Source of the DNA: OCS155 cluster bacterium AG-426-D23
Lineage (GTDB): Bacteria; Actinomycetota; Acidimicrobiia; Actinomarinales; Actinomarinaceae
Direction: 5' to 3'
Length of the DNA stretch: 64,000 bases
Assembly: GCA_003213165.1 (NCBI GenBank)
Contig: QCNO01000001.1
Coordinates: 202,068 to 266,067 of the forward strand
Shown: one piece after another, positions 28,795-37,761 of the stretch
Layout of the letters: the number at the start of each line of letters is the position of its first letter
Numbering within the stretch: position 1 is the stretch's first letter
The notes under the pieces: model-generated
What the model was told of the DNA's origin: nothing
Seen by the model: the letters and a program-made list of their open reading frames with translations, nothing else
Database searches by the model: none
Program-made: the position numbers and the translations under genes

Positions 28795-29310
28795 TTAAAG
28801 ACCATGTATCACGTTTGTAACAACACCCCATACCTGTGCATCTGCATTTTCATTTAATATAATTGGTTCGAAATCATCATTTTCAGGTTGTAATATAATC
28901 TTAGAATTTTTCTTTATGTATCTTTTGACTGTTAGTTCACCATCAATGACTGCTATCACTACTTTTCCATTTTCTGCTTTTAGACTTCTGTCTACAACTA
29001 AGATATCATCTGGAAATATTCCCGCTCCTTTCATCGATTCTCCAGATGCTCTTACTAAAAATGTTGAAGCAGGATGCTTTATTAGGTACTGATTGAGATC
29101 TATTTTGTCTTCTAAATAGTCGTCTGCGGGAGAAGGAAATCCAGCAGCTACTTTATTGCTATATAATGGAATTTCATTAAGCCCTTTGCTAACTACCTCG
29201 GATACGTACTTAATTTTACTTACAGGAATTCTTAAGGCTTTTGTTTCCTCTCCATACTGACCTTGACCTTTGGGTCTACCAGCGCCTTTTCTTGCTCCAC
29301 CTCTTGGCAT
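28795..29310 (-). CDS. umuD: UmuD/LexA-family S24 peptidase with extra N-terminal RGG/AGRP segment
   Basis: Cleavage site VAAGFPSPA, catalytic GESM and LTVKR; N-terminus MPRGGARKGAGRPKG. ATG 29310 preferred to the track start at 29352. Confidence 0.88.
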   Translation of the reverse strand: MPRGGARKGAGRPKGQGQYGEETKALRIPVSKIKYVSEVVSKGLNEIPLYSNKVAAGFPSPADDYLEDKIDLNQYLIKHPASTFLVRASGESMKGAGIFPDDILVVDRSLKAENGKVVIAVIDGELTVKRYIKKNSKIILQPENDDFEPIILNENADAQVWGVVTNVIHGL

Positions 29311-29332
29311 AAAATGTCTTTCTTTTTTCTTA

Positions 29333-29350
29333 GAATAGTGTACAGTATTC
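29333..29350. promoter_or_regulatory. 18-bp palindrome in the umuD/umuC divergent intergenic region
   Basis: GAATAGTGTACAGTATTC; overlaps -10-like hexamers on both strands. Confidence 0.55.
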
Positions 29351-29364
29351 AAAGGAGTAAGTAA

Positions 29365-30630
29365 GTGAATAATAAAATTTTTGCCTTAGTGGACTGTAAT
29401 AATTTTTATGCTTCTTGTGAGAGGGTATTTAATCCGAAGTTAGAAGGAAAGCCTATCGTTGTGCTTTCCAACAATGACGGATGTGTAGTTGCTAGATCGA
29501 ATGAGGCGAAAGCTTTAGGCATACCAATGGGAGCTCCATACTTTAAATACAAACAACTTATTACAAGAAACAAAGTTCACGTTTTTTCATCAAACTATAC
29601 TTTTTATGGCGATATGTCAGCTAGAGTAATGACTTCACTAAAGTCTCTTGTAAGCGATATAGAAATCTACTCAATCGATGAAGCATTTCTTGATATCAGT
29701 AGTTTTTACTACTGCGACTTAGAAGAGACGGCTCAAGAGATACGAAGATTAATAAAACAGTGGACAGGGATTCCAGTTTCAATAGGTATAGGTCCAACAA
29801 AGACATTGGCAAAAGTAGCAAACAGACAAGCTAAAAAATACACAACATCTAATGTCTTTGATATACGAGATCAGAGTGTAAGAGACGAGATTTTAAAAAA
29901 GTTGCCACTTGAAGAGATATGGGGAATCTCAACAAGATGGGGAAGAAGGATTCGAAAGATTGGAATAAATACTGCTTATGATTTAACACAGGCAAATGCT
30001 CGTCATATCAGAAAAACTATCAGCATTGTAGGGGAGAGGATACATCATGAACTAAATGGCGTTTCCTGTATCGGTATAGAAGAAGTGAAGAATAAGAAAA
30101 ATATCATATCTTCTAAATCATTTGGTAGAAAAGTAATGTTAGTAAGTGAGTTAGAGGAAGCTGTTTCTAATTATGTTGTCAGAGCATGTGAGAAGTTAAG
30201 GGCACAGGGTTCTAGAGCACAAGGCTTGTATGTATTTTTGAGGACAAGTCCATTTGTCGATCCAGAGAAAAGATACAGTAACGGTATGAGTACATTTTTT
30301 TCAATACCAACAAGCAATACGTCAAAAATTATCAAAGAAGCGAAACATTTAACACGAAAACTCTTTGTGTACGGATATGAATACCAGAAAATTGGTGTAA
30401 TGCTGCTAGATATCACTGATGCAGAGAACGAACAGTATAGTTTTTACGAATATGAGAATTACGATCAATCCGACCGTGTTATGGAGGTACTGGACGGCGT
30501 TAATAGCAGGTATGGATCAAGCACATTGACATTGGGAGCACAGGGTATAAAAAAAGACTGGAGAATGAAGTCTGAAAGAAAGTCTGCTGCTTACACAACA
30601 AATATGCTTCAAATACCAGTTGTGAAGTAA
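29365..30630 (+). CDS. umuC: Y-family DNA polymerase V subunit UmuC
   Basis: [49 protein letters not shown]-terminal W.MKSERKS..YTT; SD AAGGAG. Confidence 0.95.
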   Translation: MNNKIFALVDCNNFYASCERVFNPKLEGKPIVVLSNNDGCVVARSNEAKALGIPMGAPYFKYKQLITRNKVHVFSSNYTFYGDMSARVMTSLKSLVSDIEIYSIDEAFLDISSFYYCDLEETAQEIRRLIKQWTGIPVSIGIGPTKTLAKVANRQAKKYTTSNVFDIRDQSVRDEILKKLPLEEIWGISTRWGRRIRKIGINTAYDLTQANARHIRKTISIVGERIHHELNGVSCIGIEEVKNKKNIISSKSFGRKVMLVSELEEAVSNYVVRACEKLRAQGSRAQGLYVFLRTSPFVDPEKRYSNGMSTFFSIPTSNTSKIIKEAKHLTRKLFVYGYEYQKIGVMLLDITDAENEQYSFYEYENYDQSDRVMEVLDGVNSRYGSSTLTLGAQGIKKDWRMKSERKSAAYTTNMLQIPVVK

Positions 30631-30664
30631 GAAAAGTGTGAAGTAATCTGTTTAAATTATAGTT

Positions 30665-31528
30665 ATGGTTTTAGAGAATCCATATGCACACTCACTAGAT
30701 GGTCTTGAAATAGAAGACCCTGTTCAAAGTTTTTTTGATTACTGCAAGAAACGTGAAGCTGTACGAGTAAAAAGGGAGGAAGGAGAAGAATATCCTTGGA
30801 GTGATGATCCAATTTTACAAAAAGGACGTTTTTTAAATGTTTTCAGAGAAGATGATAAAGTTAGTAAATCGATTATTAAATTTGCTGAACAAGCTAGAGA
30901 AGACTTACCTTTATTAATCCAAGCTTTATTTTTTAGTAGATGGTGCAATAGAGATTCAACTATTGATCAGTTAACGATAAATGATTTAGTTAATCCAGAA
31001 GCTTTAAAAGAGAAACTTCTTGGTTTGGAGCAATGGGAAAATTATACAGCTTACCCAGTGGAAGACTCTTTTTGGAATGAAAAGCGATATAAACGCATTG
31101 ATGCAGCAACACATAAATTTTATGAAATAAAAGAAGAGTTAGCTGAAGTAATTTTAGATTCTAATAAAGATGTTATTACCGCTACAAATAATGTGAACAA
31201 GCAATTTAAGATGAATAATGACTTTCCAATATTTATGGCATTAATTGATATTGCTTGGTTTAGAGAAGATGTCATACCAATAACCACTGATGTTCCTACT
31301 GGTATAGGGGCAGAACCATACTTGGATAGGCTCCAAAAATTTCTTAATTTAAATAGCCACCAAGAAGTGGGAAATAAGATGATAGAACTTCAAAATGAGT
31401 ATTGGCCTGATGCTAAAAGAGAGTTTTATCCTATTGACATAGAGTATCAATCTTGTGAATGCAGAAAATACTTTAGTTATGTGAATGGTACAAAAAAATT
31501 TGAAGGAAAAAATCTTTTTTCCTTGTGA
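30665..31528 (+). CDS. Homolog of the 5-hmdU DNA kinase helical domain (former aGPT-Pplase1 family), function unknown
   Basis: FF.YC..RE..R..RE.G..YPWSDDPILQ..RFLNVFREDD and C-terminal DIEYQSCECRKY match the family pattern as recalled; HMM not run. Confidence 0.62.
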   Translation: MVLENPYAHSLDGLEIEDPVQSFFDYCKKREAVRVKREEGEEYPWSDDPILQKGRFLNVFREDDKVSKSIIKFAEQAREDLPLLIQALFFSRWCNRDSTIDQLTINDLVNPEALKEKLLGLEQWENYTAYPVEDSFWNEKRYKRIDAATHKFYEIKEELAEVILDSNKDVITATNNVNKQFKMNNDFPIFMALIDIAWFREDVIPITTDVPTGIGAEPYLDRLQKFLNLNSHQEVGNKMIELQNEYWPDAKREFYPIDIEYQSCECRKYFSYVNGTKKFEGKNLFSL

Positions 31529-31536
31529 TAAACCTT

Positions 31537-32775
31537 TTAGGATCTATCTAGATTCTTCCAGATATTTCTGGTGGATAAATACCATACAAATCCAAATATA
31601 AAACCTAGTACTGGGAATAGCTTAAAGACAAAAAGCACACCATATACAGTTGCAAGGTATCCAATCAATAGTGTTGAAATTGTATTCATAAGGAAATAAA
31701 GTGAGTAATCAATCCCAGCAATTCTTCCCCTGAGCCTATCCGGTGTCAGTACTTGTAATCCATAGGTAGAAAATGCCCACTGTGACCCACCACCAGAATG
31801 TCCAAGAATTAATAACAAAACTGTAAGGTATAGAGATACTGAGAACGGTATAAAGAAATAAAATAAACCCCAGGCCATGATAGTTATGCCGATTGTATTC
31901 AGCAGTTTTCCATCTGTCCTTCCAAAAAAATATCTAATTGCAATTGGACCAATCAGTGCACCAACGCCTCTTGCACCGAACATAAGGCCTGTTCCAAAGT
32001 CACCAGTTTTATAAATATCATATGACAGAACAGTAAACAAAGAAAGTAAACCGCTTGCTGAGATACTAAAAGTTGCTTTCGTAATAATTAAAGAAAAGAT
32101 TTCTTTTTTAGATGCAGCATATTGAAGACCTTCTTTATAACTTATATCTTCTTCTTTATTTTTATCTTCATTTTTTTCACTCAAATTTTTCTTTATTGAA
32201 AAGACAATTAAAGCAGAAAGAACAAAAGTTAAACTATCTAATGCAAATAACATATTTCTACTTATGACTGTTGTTAAGTACCCACCAAGGCCTGCACCTA
32301 GACCAGCCATAACACCCCAACTTGAAAAAAATATAACATTAGCTTCTGCCAAATTTTCCTTTTTTACAACATTTGGTAGAGCTGCATCCGAAGTAGGCAT
32401 ATATGGAGAGCCAACAACTGATAGTAGTCCAAATGAAAACAATATAAATGGGACATTTTCAGTTGTGACGGCATAGAGTATAAACAAAACAGTCATTCCT
32501 GACAAGAACTCTGAAATTGCTATAATTTTTTTTCTATCGAATCTATCAGCTAAATAACCTCCAAAACTTCCAAGTAAAAATAATGGTGCACTTTGAACTA
32601 CTAATACTAGAGAGGTAATAAATGGATTTTCAGTCAACTCATAAATTATCCCCAATAGGGGCACAGTCAATAACCAGTCACCACCAAGAGTGATTAATCG
32701 TGCAGCAAAAAGTTTACGAAAATTCTGGTTTTGAGTTAGTAATACTTTATATTTTTGATAGTTTTCCATTAGCAT
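31537..32775 (-). CDS. MFS transporter (H+ antiporter/TMS-type)
   Basis: About 12 TM segments; GYLADRFDRKKII motif A; LRGRIAG in the second half. Confidence 0.9.
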   Translation of the reverse strand: MLMENYQKYKVLLTQNQNFRKLFAARLITLGGDWLLTVPLLGIIYELTENPFITSLVLVVQSAPLFLLGSFGGYLADRFDRKKIIAISEFLSGMTVLFILYAVTTENVPFILFSFGLLSVVGSPYMPTSDAALPNVVKKENLAEANVIFFSSWGVMAGLGAGLGGYLTTVISRNMLFALDSLTFVLSALIVFSIKKNLSEKNEDKNKEEDISYKEGLQYAASKKEIFSLIITKATFSISASGLLSLFTVLSYDIYKTGDFGTGLMFGARGVGALIGPIAIRYFFGRTDGKLLNTIGITIMAWGLFYFFIPFSVSLYLTVLLLILGHSGGGSQWAFSTYGLQVLTPDRLRGRIAGIDYSLYFLMNTISTLLIGYLATVYGVLFVFKLFPVLGFIFGFVWYLSTRNIWKNLDRS

Positions 32776-32821
32776 CTCAACTGTAACTGAAACAAGAAAT
32801 AACTAGTATACTTTAACAATA

Positions 32822-33529
32822 ATGAAAACAGCACTTGTAACTGGTGGAACAAGAGGAATAGGGCTTTCAACAGCTCAAAAATTTATTAATCAAGGCTGGA
32901 ATGTTTACATCACATCCAGAAAACAAGAGAATTTAGAAGCGGTACTTTCTGACAATTCACAATTAAAGGGTTTTGTTGCCAGAGCTGATGACCTTGCTGC
33001 TGCAACTGAGACTTGTGAAAAAATTATACATGAGACAGGTTCACTAGATGTCTTAATAAATAATGCGGGCACAAACCCTTCTGGAGGTAGCTTGTTAGAG
33101 GTTGATTTATCAGCTGTTCAAAAAACATGGGATGTAAACCTGATGGGTCCTTTAATGTGGACTAGAGAAGCAGTAAAATCCGGATTAAAAGAATCAGTAT
33201 TGAATGTTTGTTCTGTCGGCGGGATTAAACCATCTCACTACATGGGTGCTTATAACATCTCAAAAGCTGGATTGATTTATATGACAAAACAATTGGCAAT
33301 GGAACTTGCTCCTGACATAAGGGTAAACGGAATAGCCCCCGGAGTTGTAAAAACTAAATTATCGGAGATGCTCTGGGCAGGAGATGAACAGGGAAGTGCA
33401 GACCTCCACGCTCTTAAAAAACTAGGTGAACCTAAAGATATTGCAAGTTTAATTTATTTTCTTTCAAGTGAAGATGCTTCATGGATTACTGGAGAAGTGG
33501 TAACAATTGATGGTGGCTTTCTTCTTTAA
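32822..33529 (+). CDS. Short-chain dehydrogenase/reductase
   Basis: TGGTRGIG, NNAG, YNISK (YxxxK), RVNGIAPG, ITGEVVTIDGG. Confidence 0.93.
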   Translation: MKTALVTGGTRGIGLSTAQKFINQGWNVYITSRKQENLEAVLSDNSQLKGFVARADDLAAATETCEKIIHETGSLDVLINNAGTNPSGGSLLEVDLSAVQKTWDVNLMGPLMWTREAVKSGLKESVLNVCSVGGIKPSHYMGAYNISKAGLIYMTKQLAMELAPDIRVNGIAPGVVKTKLSEMLWAGDEQGSADLHALKKLGEPKDIASLIYFLSSEDASWITGEVVTIDGGFLL

Positions 33530-34468
33530 TTAGCTAATAAAGAACTTGGCTAATTCATTATATAGCGGTATCCCGAAAATTATATTAAATGGAAAAGTTA
33601 CACCTAAACTTAACCCAAGGTAGATTGCAGGATTTGCATTTGGTATAGCATCTTTAACAACTGCTGGTACTGCAATATAGCTTGCACTTGCAGTTAACAC
33701 CATTAATAGAGTTGAATTACCAACTGAAAGATTAAAATTTATAGCAGCGAATAGTGCCAAGATTGACCCAACAATTGGAGTAACAAGTGCGAAAATTATC
33801 AAGTTTTTGCTTTTACCAGTTAATTCACCTATTCTTCTTGCAACTCTTGTTCCCATAACAAATAAAAAAACAAATAAAACATACTCGAATATAGTTTTAG
33901 TTAGTAACTCTGTTTGTAATCCAGAATTTAAATTTAAAAAATATCCAATAAATAATGATGAAACTAAAACTATATTTGGTATTTCCATAAATGCAGTTTT
34001 TATAGTTTCAATGTTATTTTTGTTTATGGAACTTTTGCTAGTAACAAAATACAATGCCATAAAAATAGCTGGAAATTCCATGACTACAAGAACAGCTGAC
34101 ATAAAATCATCAAAATTTTGATTACTTGTTGATAAATAAGTCAATGCGGTGACATATGTTACCGCACTAACAGATCCATAGGTTCCTGATAAAGCTGCTG
34201 CATCGTCTGTGTTGAGTATGTTTTTAAGATACAAATATGAAATTAGGGGAATAAGTATTGCGAAGAATGTTCCTAGTGATAAAACGCTTATTACCTCATC
34301 TGTAAAACCATTATTTTGCAAACTTTGCCCACCTTTTAGGCCCAAAGCAAAAAGTAAGTAATATCCCAAAAATTTTGATAATAAATCAGGAAACATAACT
34401 TTAAAAACTAAACCAACTGCAATACCTAACAAAAATAAAATTAATGCGGGATTGAATAAGGATTCCAT
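33530..34468 (-). CDS. SbtA-family (DUF897) sodium-dependent bicarbonate transport permease
   Basis: YLLFALGLKGG, TYGSVSAVTY, VLVVMEFPAI, ASASYIAVPA, LGVTFPFNI. Confidence 0.85.
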   Translation of the reverse strand: MESLFNPALILFLLGIAVGLVFKVMFPDLLSKFLGYYLLFALGLKGGQSLQNNGFTDEVISVLSLGTFFAILIPLISYLYLKNILNTDDAAALSGTYGSVSAVTYVTALTYLSTSNQNFDDFMSAVLVVMEFPAIFMALYFVTSKSSINKNNIETIKTAFMEIPNIVLVSSLFIGYFLNLNSGLQTELLTKTIFEYVLFVFLFVMGTRVARRIGELTGKSKNLIIFALVTPIVGSILALFAAINFNLSVGNSTLLMVLTASASYIAVPAVVKDAIPNANPAIYLGLSLGVTFPFNIIFGIPLYNELAKFFIS

Positions 34469-34517
34469 TCAAGTAAAAATGATAGTAAATAAATAAATTA
34501 TTATGTGCTATTTATAA

Positions 34518-35279
34518 TTATTTTACTTTTCTTACGATCTCTTCAACTCTATTGATATCAACTTTTTTAGAAACAATGTTATCAAATTTAAAGCTTGTTC
34601 CAATTATTAAAATATCTGCTATGTCTTGATATGCCCCTACATTTGCAGCATTCACTCCTGAACCAATTGCAAGTTTACCTTCAGGAACTATGTTTCTTAC
34701 TTTTTCCAAGTCGTCCATGTTAATTTCATGACCAGTACCATCACCAGTAACAATAACAACATCTGCACCTGCTCTATGTATCAATTCTGCAGCATGATTC
34801 TCAATCTTTGAACCTGGAGCAGGTACTGCGTGTTTAACAAATACATCTGCATAAATTTCGACTACATTGTTAAGAGTTGATTTAAATTGATTAATTTCAT
34901 GAGATTTTCCCTCAATTATTCCTTGGTCTGTGAACATAGTATTGTTAAGCACATTAATTCTGACAAAATTAGATTTAGTTGCTTCTGCTATTGACAAAGC
35001 AGCTATTCCATCATTCCGCAGCACATTAATACCAACTTTTATATCTCTTTCAATTGATAGATTTTCTACAACTGTTGTAAAGCTTGCTAGTGTTCTTTTT
35101 GAAATATCATCCTTAACAAATGGAGTATCACCAAAATTTTCTATAATTATTCCATCAACTCCTCCAAAAATAAGATTATTTACATCTTCTTGCGCGAGAT
35201 CAATTATTTCATCTAGTGATATTCGGTTGGAAGGAGATCCTGGAAGACTTTGTAGGTGGACAACTCCGTAAACTAACAT
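34518..35279 (-). CDS. BtpA/SgcQ family TIM-barrel protein
   Basis: GVVHLQSLPGSP, DGIIIENFGDTPF, GINVLRND, ADVFVKHA, VTGDGTG, IGSGV. Confidence 0.88.
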   Translation of the reverse strand: MLVYGVVHLQSLPGSPSNRISLDEIIDLAQEDVNNLIFGGVDGIIIENFGDTPFVKDDISKRTLASFTTVVENLSIERDIKVGINVLRNDGIAALSIAEATKSNFVRINVLNNTMFTDQGIIEGKSHEINQFKSTLNNVVEIYADVFVKHAVPAPGSKIENHAAELIHRAGADVVIVTGDGTGHEINMDDLEKVRNIVPEGKLAIGSGVNAANVGAYQDIADILIIGTSFKFDNIVSKKVDINRVEEIVRKVK

Positions 35280-36016
35280 TATATTTTTACTTGATTAAAT
35301 TTAAGAAATTTAGGTGCAAAGACTCCCTCTGTTGACAAAGTTGGTTTAAAACCTTTCGAAGTTCTACCAGTCACAACTCTACACCAGTCACTTGCACTTC
35401 CTTTGATACTATTTTCTGCATTTATATCACCGAATTGCCAGGCTTTATATTCAGGTCCAATCAACTCAATTCTTAAATCTTCAAATTTAGATTTATTCAA
35501 TTTAGTTGCATGTTCAGCATTCAACCATCCATAAAGTGCAACGTGTTCAATTCTTACGGTATCTTCATAGTCTTTATTCATACTCTCATAAACGTCTAGG
35601 CTGTGTGCCCAAGTTTCGGCTAATTTTGTTACTGCAAACGTTCTACAATCTATTTCATTTTTCCACCAAGTTAATTTTTTACCAGGAGAACACTTAGCTA
35701 ATGTTTCAATAACTGAGGCCCTTGAAATTCTCCACCACTCAATAACATCTTGTGGTCTCATATCTTTACCTTTGGCGATAGCCTCTTTTTCAAATTTTTC
35801 TAAACCTTTAGGTCCTTTATATTTATTGAAATCTGAGCCCTTTTTTTTAAGTGCATTATAACCTAAATCCTCCATTGCTGATAAGTAGCTTACATGCGCT
35901 GTAATGTCCCAGTTTTTAAAAGTAGTTTTTGTGTTCCAATTTCTAACAGGAATACTCTGTAGATACTGATCAAGCAGTTGTTGCTCAGCTACTAAATTAC
36001 TTAAAATATCTTGCAC
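35279..36016 (-). CDS. Maleylpyruvate isomerase family mycothiol-dependent protein (MDMPI N-terminal)
   Basis: W.I.AHVSYL, ETWAHSLD, GSASDWC.VVTGR. Confidence 0.75.
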   Translation of the reverse strand: MQDILSNLVAEQQLLDQYLQSIPVRNWNTKTTFKNWDITAHVSYLSAMEDLGYNALKKKGSDFNKYKGPKGLEKFEKEAIAKGKDMRPQDVIEWWRISRASVIETLAKCSPGKKLTWWKNEIDCRTFAVTKLAETWAHSLDVYESMNKDYEDTVRIEHVALYGWLNAEHATKLNKSKFEDLRIELIGPEYKAWQFGDINAENSIKGSASDWCRVVTGRTSKGFKPTLSTEGVFAPKFLKFNQVKI

Positions 36017-36108
36017 ACTTCAAGTTTACTTGTGTAAAGTATTAACTCCAATGCTATTTGCTAGTAAAAAAACTTTTTTTAATACAAATTAAGCCTTAAT
36101 ATGTCCTT

Positions 36109-36324
36109 ATGAAGAAATTAGTAAAATTTGTCACTTTTATTGTTGGGTTTAGATATATTTTAAAAATCTTGTCTGAAAATGTAGATGTAAAAATCCAAAT
36201 AGAAAAGTTAAGAAATGAAATAGCTAATTTAGAAACAGATGATTTAGAAAATAAGCTGAAAGACTTCTTTAAAAAGTATGATCCTAAGTTCAAAGACAAA
36301 GAAGAAAATCAAGAAGATATCTAG
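36109..36324 (+). CDS. Small hypothetical protein (N-terminal hydrophobic segment plus coiled coil)
   Basis: 71-aa ORF filling the gap; TAATAT 6 nt upstream of the ATG. Confidence 0.6.
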   Translation: MKKLVKFVTFIVGFRYILKILSENVDVKIQIEKLRNEIANLETDDLENKLKDFFKKYDPKFKDKEENQEDI

Positions 36325-36332
36325 ATTATTTA

Positions 36333-36782
36333 ATGTGGAGACTTCTAGGAAAAACTGCTCACTTATGGCCTAGTTGGCTTTATAAAATAATTTCAAAGAC
36401 TCATTCCAAGATTATGAGACTCAATCATACATATTTAGGTGAAATGATTATTGGCGATCAAATTCTTTTATTAGAAACTTTAGGAAATAAAACTAACAAA
36501 ATTCGAAAGACACCACTTACTTATGCCAACCATAATGAAGATTACATTGTTGCGGCATCGTATAGTGGCAATGATAAAACTCCAGATTGGTTTTATAATC
36601 TTTCTTCTAATAATCTATTCATCACAATAAACAACAAAAGATTTCAAGCTAGCTATGAATTAATTGGGTCTTCAGAAAAAGAATATTTTTGGAATTTATT
36701 AGATGAAGTTTATCCTACTTTTCAAATGTATAGAAATAGAACTGATAGAGATATACCTTTAATAAAATTTTCTAAAGCTTAG
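36333..36782 (+). CDS. Deazaflavin (F420H2)-dependent nitroreductase family (Ddn-like)
   Basis: LLLETLGNKT..IRKTPL, AASYSG..KTPDWFYNL, YRNRTDRDIPLI. Confidence 0.85.
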   Translation: MWRLLGKTAHLWPSWLYKIISKTHSKIMRLNHTYLGEMIIGDQILLLETLGNKTNKIRKTPLTYANHNEDYIVAASYSGNDKTPDWFYNLSSNNLFITINNKRFQASYELIGSSEKEYFWNLLDEVYPTFQMYRNRTDRDIPLIKFSKA

Positions 36783-37761
36783 GTTTTATGGATGGCCCTT
36801 TTCTAACTATTGTATTCCATAATGTTTTGTAATGGTCTAAGTCTTCTTTATTAACATGTGGTAATACAAAATTTTCCCAAGTGTCTTTTAAAGGATCTGG
36901 TGAGTTTACGTAGACATCTAAGCCAATAGGTATTCTTTCTACGATTGTTCTTAAACTCATAGGAGTTTCTATATTTACGCTTATATCATCTGATATAAAT
37001 GAATTATTTACCTCTGTTGCTAACTTGATTATAAGTTCCCTGTATTCTTTTTGAAGCTTGGGATATCTTTTTTCAAAGATTGCATCTAGTTGTTCTTTAT
37101 TTGGAAAGGGTTTGTCCCATATGACCCACCTATCGGCAAAAGCCTTATTTAGTGACTGGGTACCCGCATAATCTCTTAAACTTGTTGGGTTCATGGTACC
37201 AAAAATATATGTATCTTCTCTTAATGATAGAACTTCTCCATTTGGTAGCTCTAATTTTCTATGTCTATCAAGTAATGAATGAAGGGCAAACAAAACTTCT
37301 GGACCTGCTGCATTTAGTTCAGATAGATTAACAATTGCTGGTCCTCTTAAAGCTCTTGTAAGTTCGCCATCTTGCCATCTGCTTTCAGTTCCACCTTTAC
37401 CATCTCCATACAATTGAACAGACCCTAGAAGTGTTACATCTCTTACTTCTCCAGATAAAGGAATCCTGTAATATGGAAACTTAAGCTTTGCTGCGAATTG
37501 CTCAATATCATGATCTTTGCCTGTACCCATATGCCCCATCAAAGCAATATGTATAGGAATTTCATTCTTAAATGATTTACTTTTTGAATTCATAACCTGA
37601 GCAAGACGGTACTGCATACCTAAATCTACATAATATTCATCAACATCAGGAATTCGGTTATTACGTGAGTCAAAATCTTCTATTTTTTTATCTAATTTAC
37701 ATTCCTCTATTTCAACAGATTGTTTTTCATTATCAGGATTTATAAATTTTTGTGCACCCAT
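36772..37761 (-). CDS. MoxR-family AAA+ ATPase (CbbQ/NorQ/CobS-like)
   Basis: Walker A GHMGTGKD, WQDGELTRA, Walker B-like VNLSELN, GTMNP, LNKAFADRW. Confidence 0.82.
   Translation of the reverse strand: MGAQKFINPDNEKQSVEIEECKLDKKIEDFDSRNNRIPDVDEYYVDLGMQYRLAQVMNSKSKSFKNEIPIHIALMGHMGTGKDHDIEQFAAKLKFPYYRIPLSGEVRDVTLLGSVQLYGDGKGGTESRWQDGELTRALRGPAIVNLSELNAAGPEVLFALHSLLDRHRKLELPNGEVLSLREDTYIFGTMNPTSLRDYAGTQSLNKAFADRWVIWDKPFPNKEQLDAIFEKRYPKLQKEYRELIIKLATEVNNSFISDDISVNIETPMSLRTIVERIPIGLDVYVNSPDPLKDTWENFVLPHVNKEDLDHYKTLWNTIVRKGPSIKPKL

Noticed and set aside
34485-34510. dif-like ATAA...TTATGT string
   Set aside because: The spacer does not give the 6-bp central region or the XerC/XerD arm consensus; it is an AT-rich intergenic chance match.
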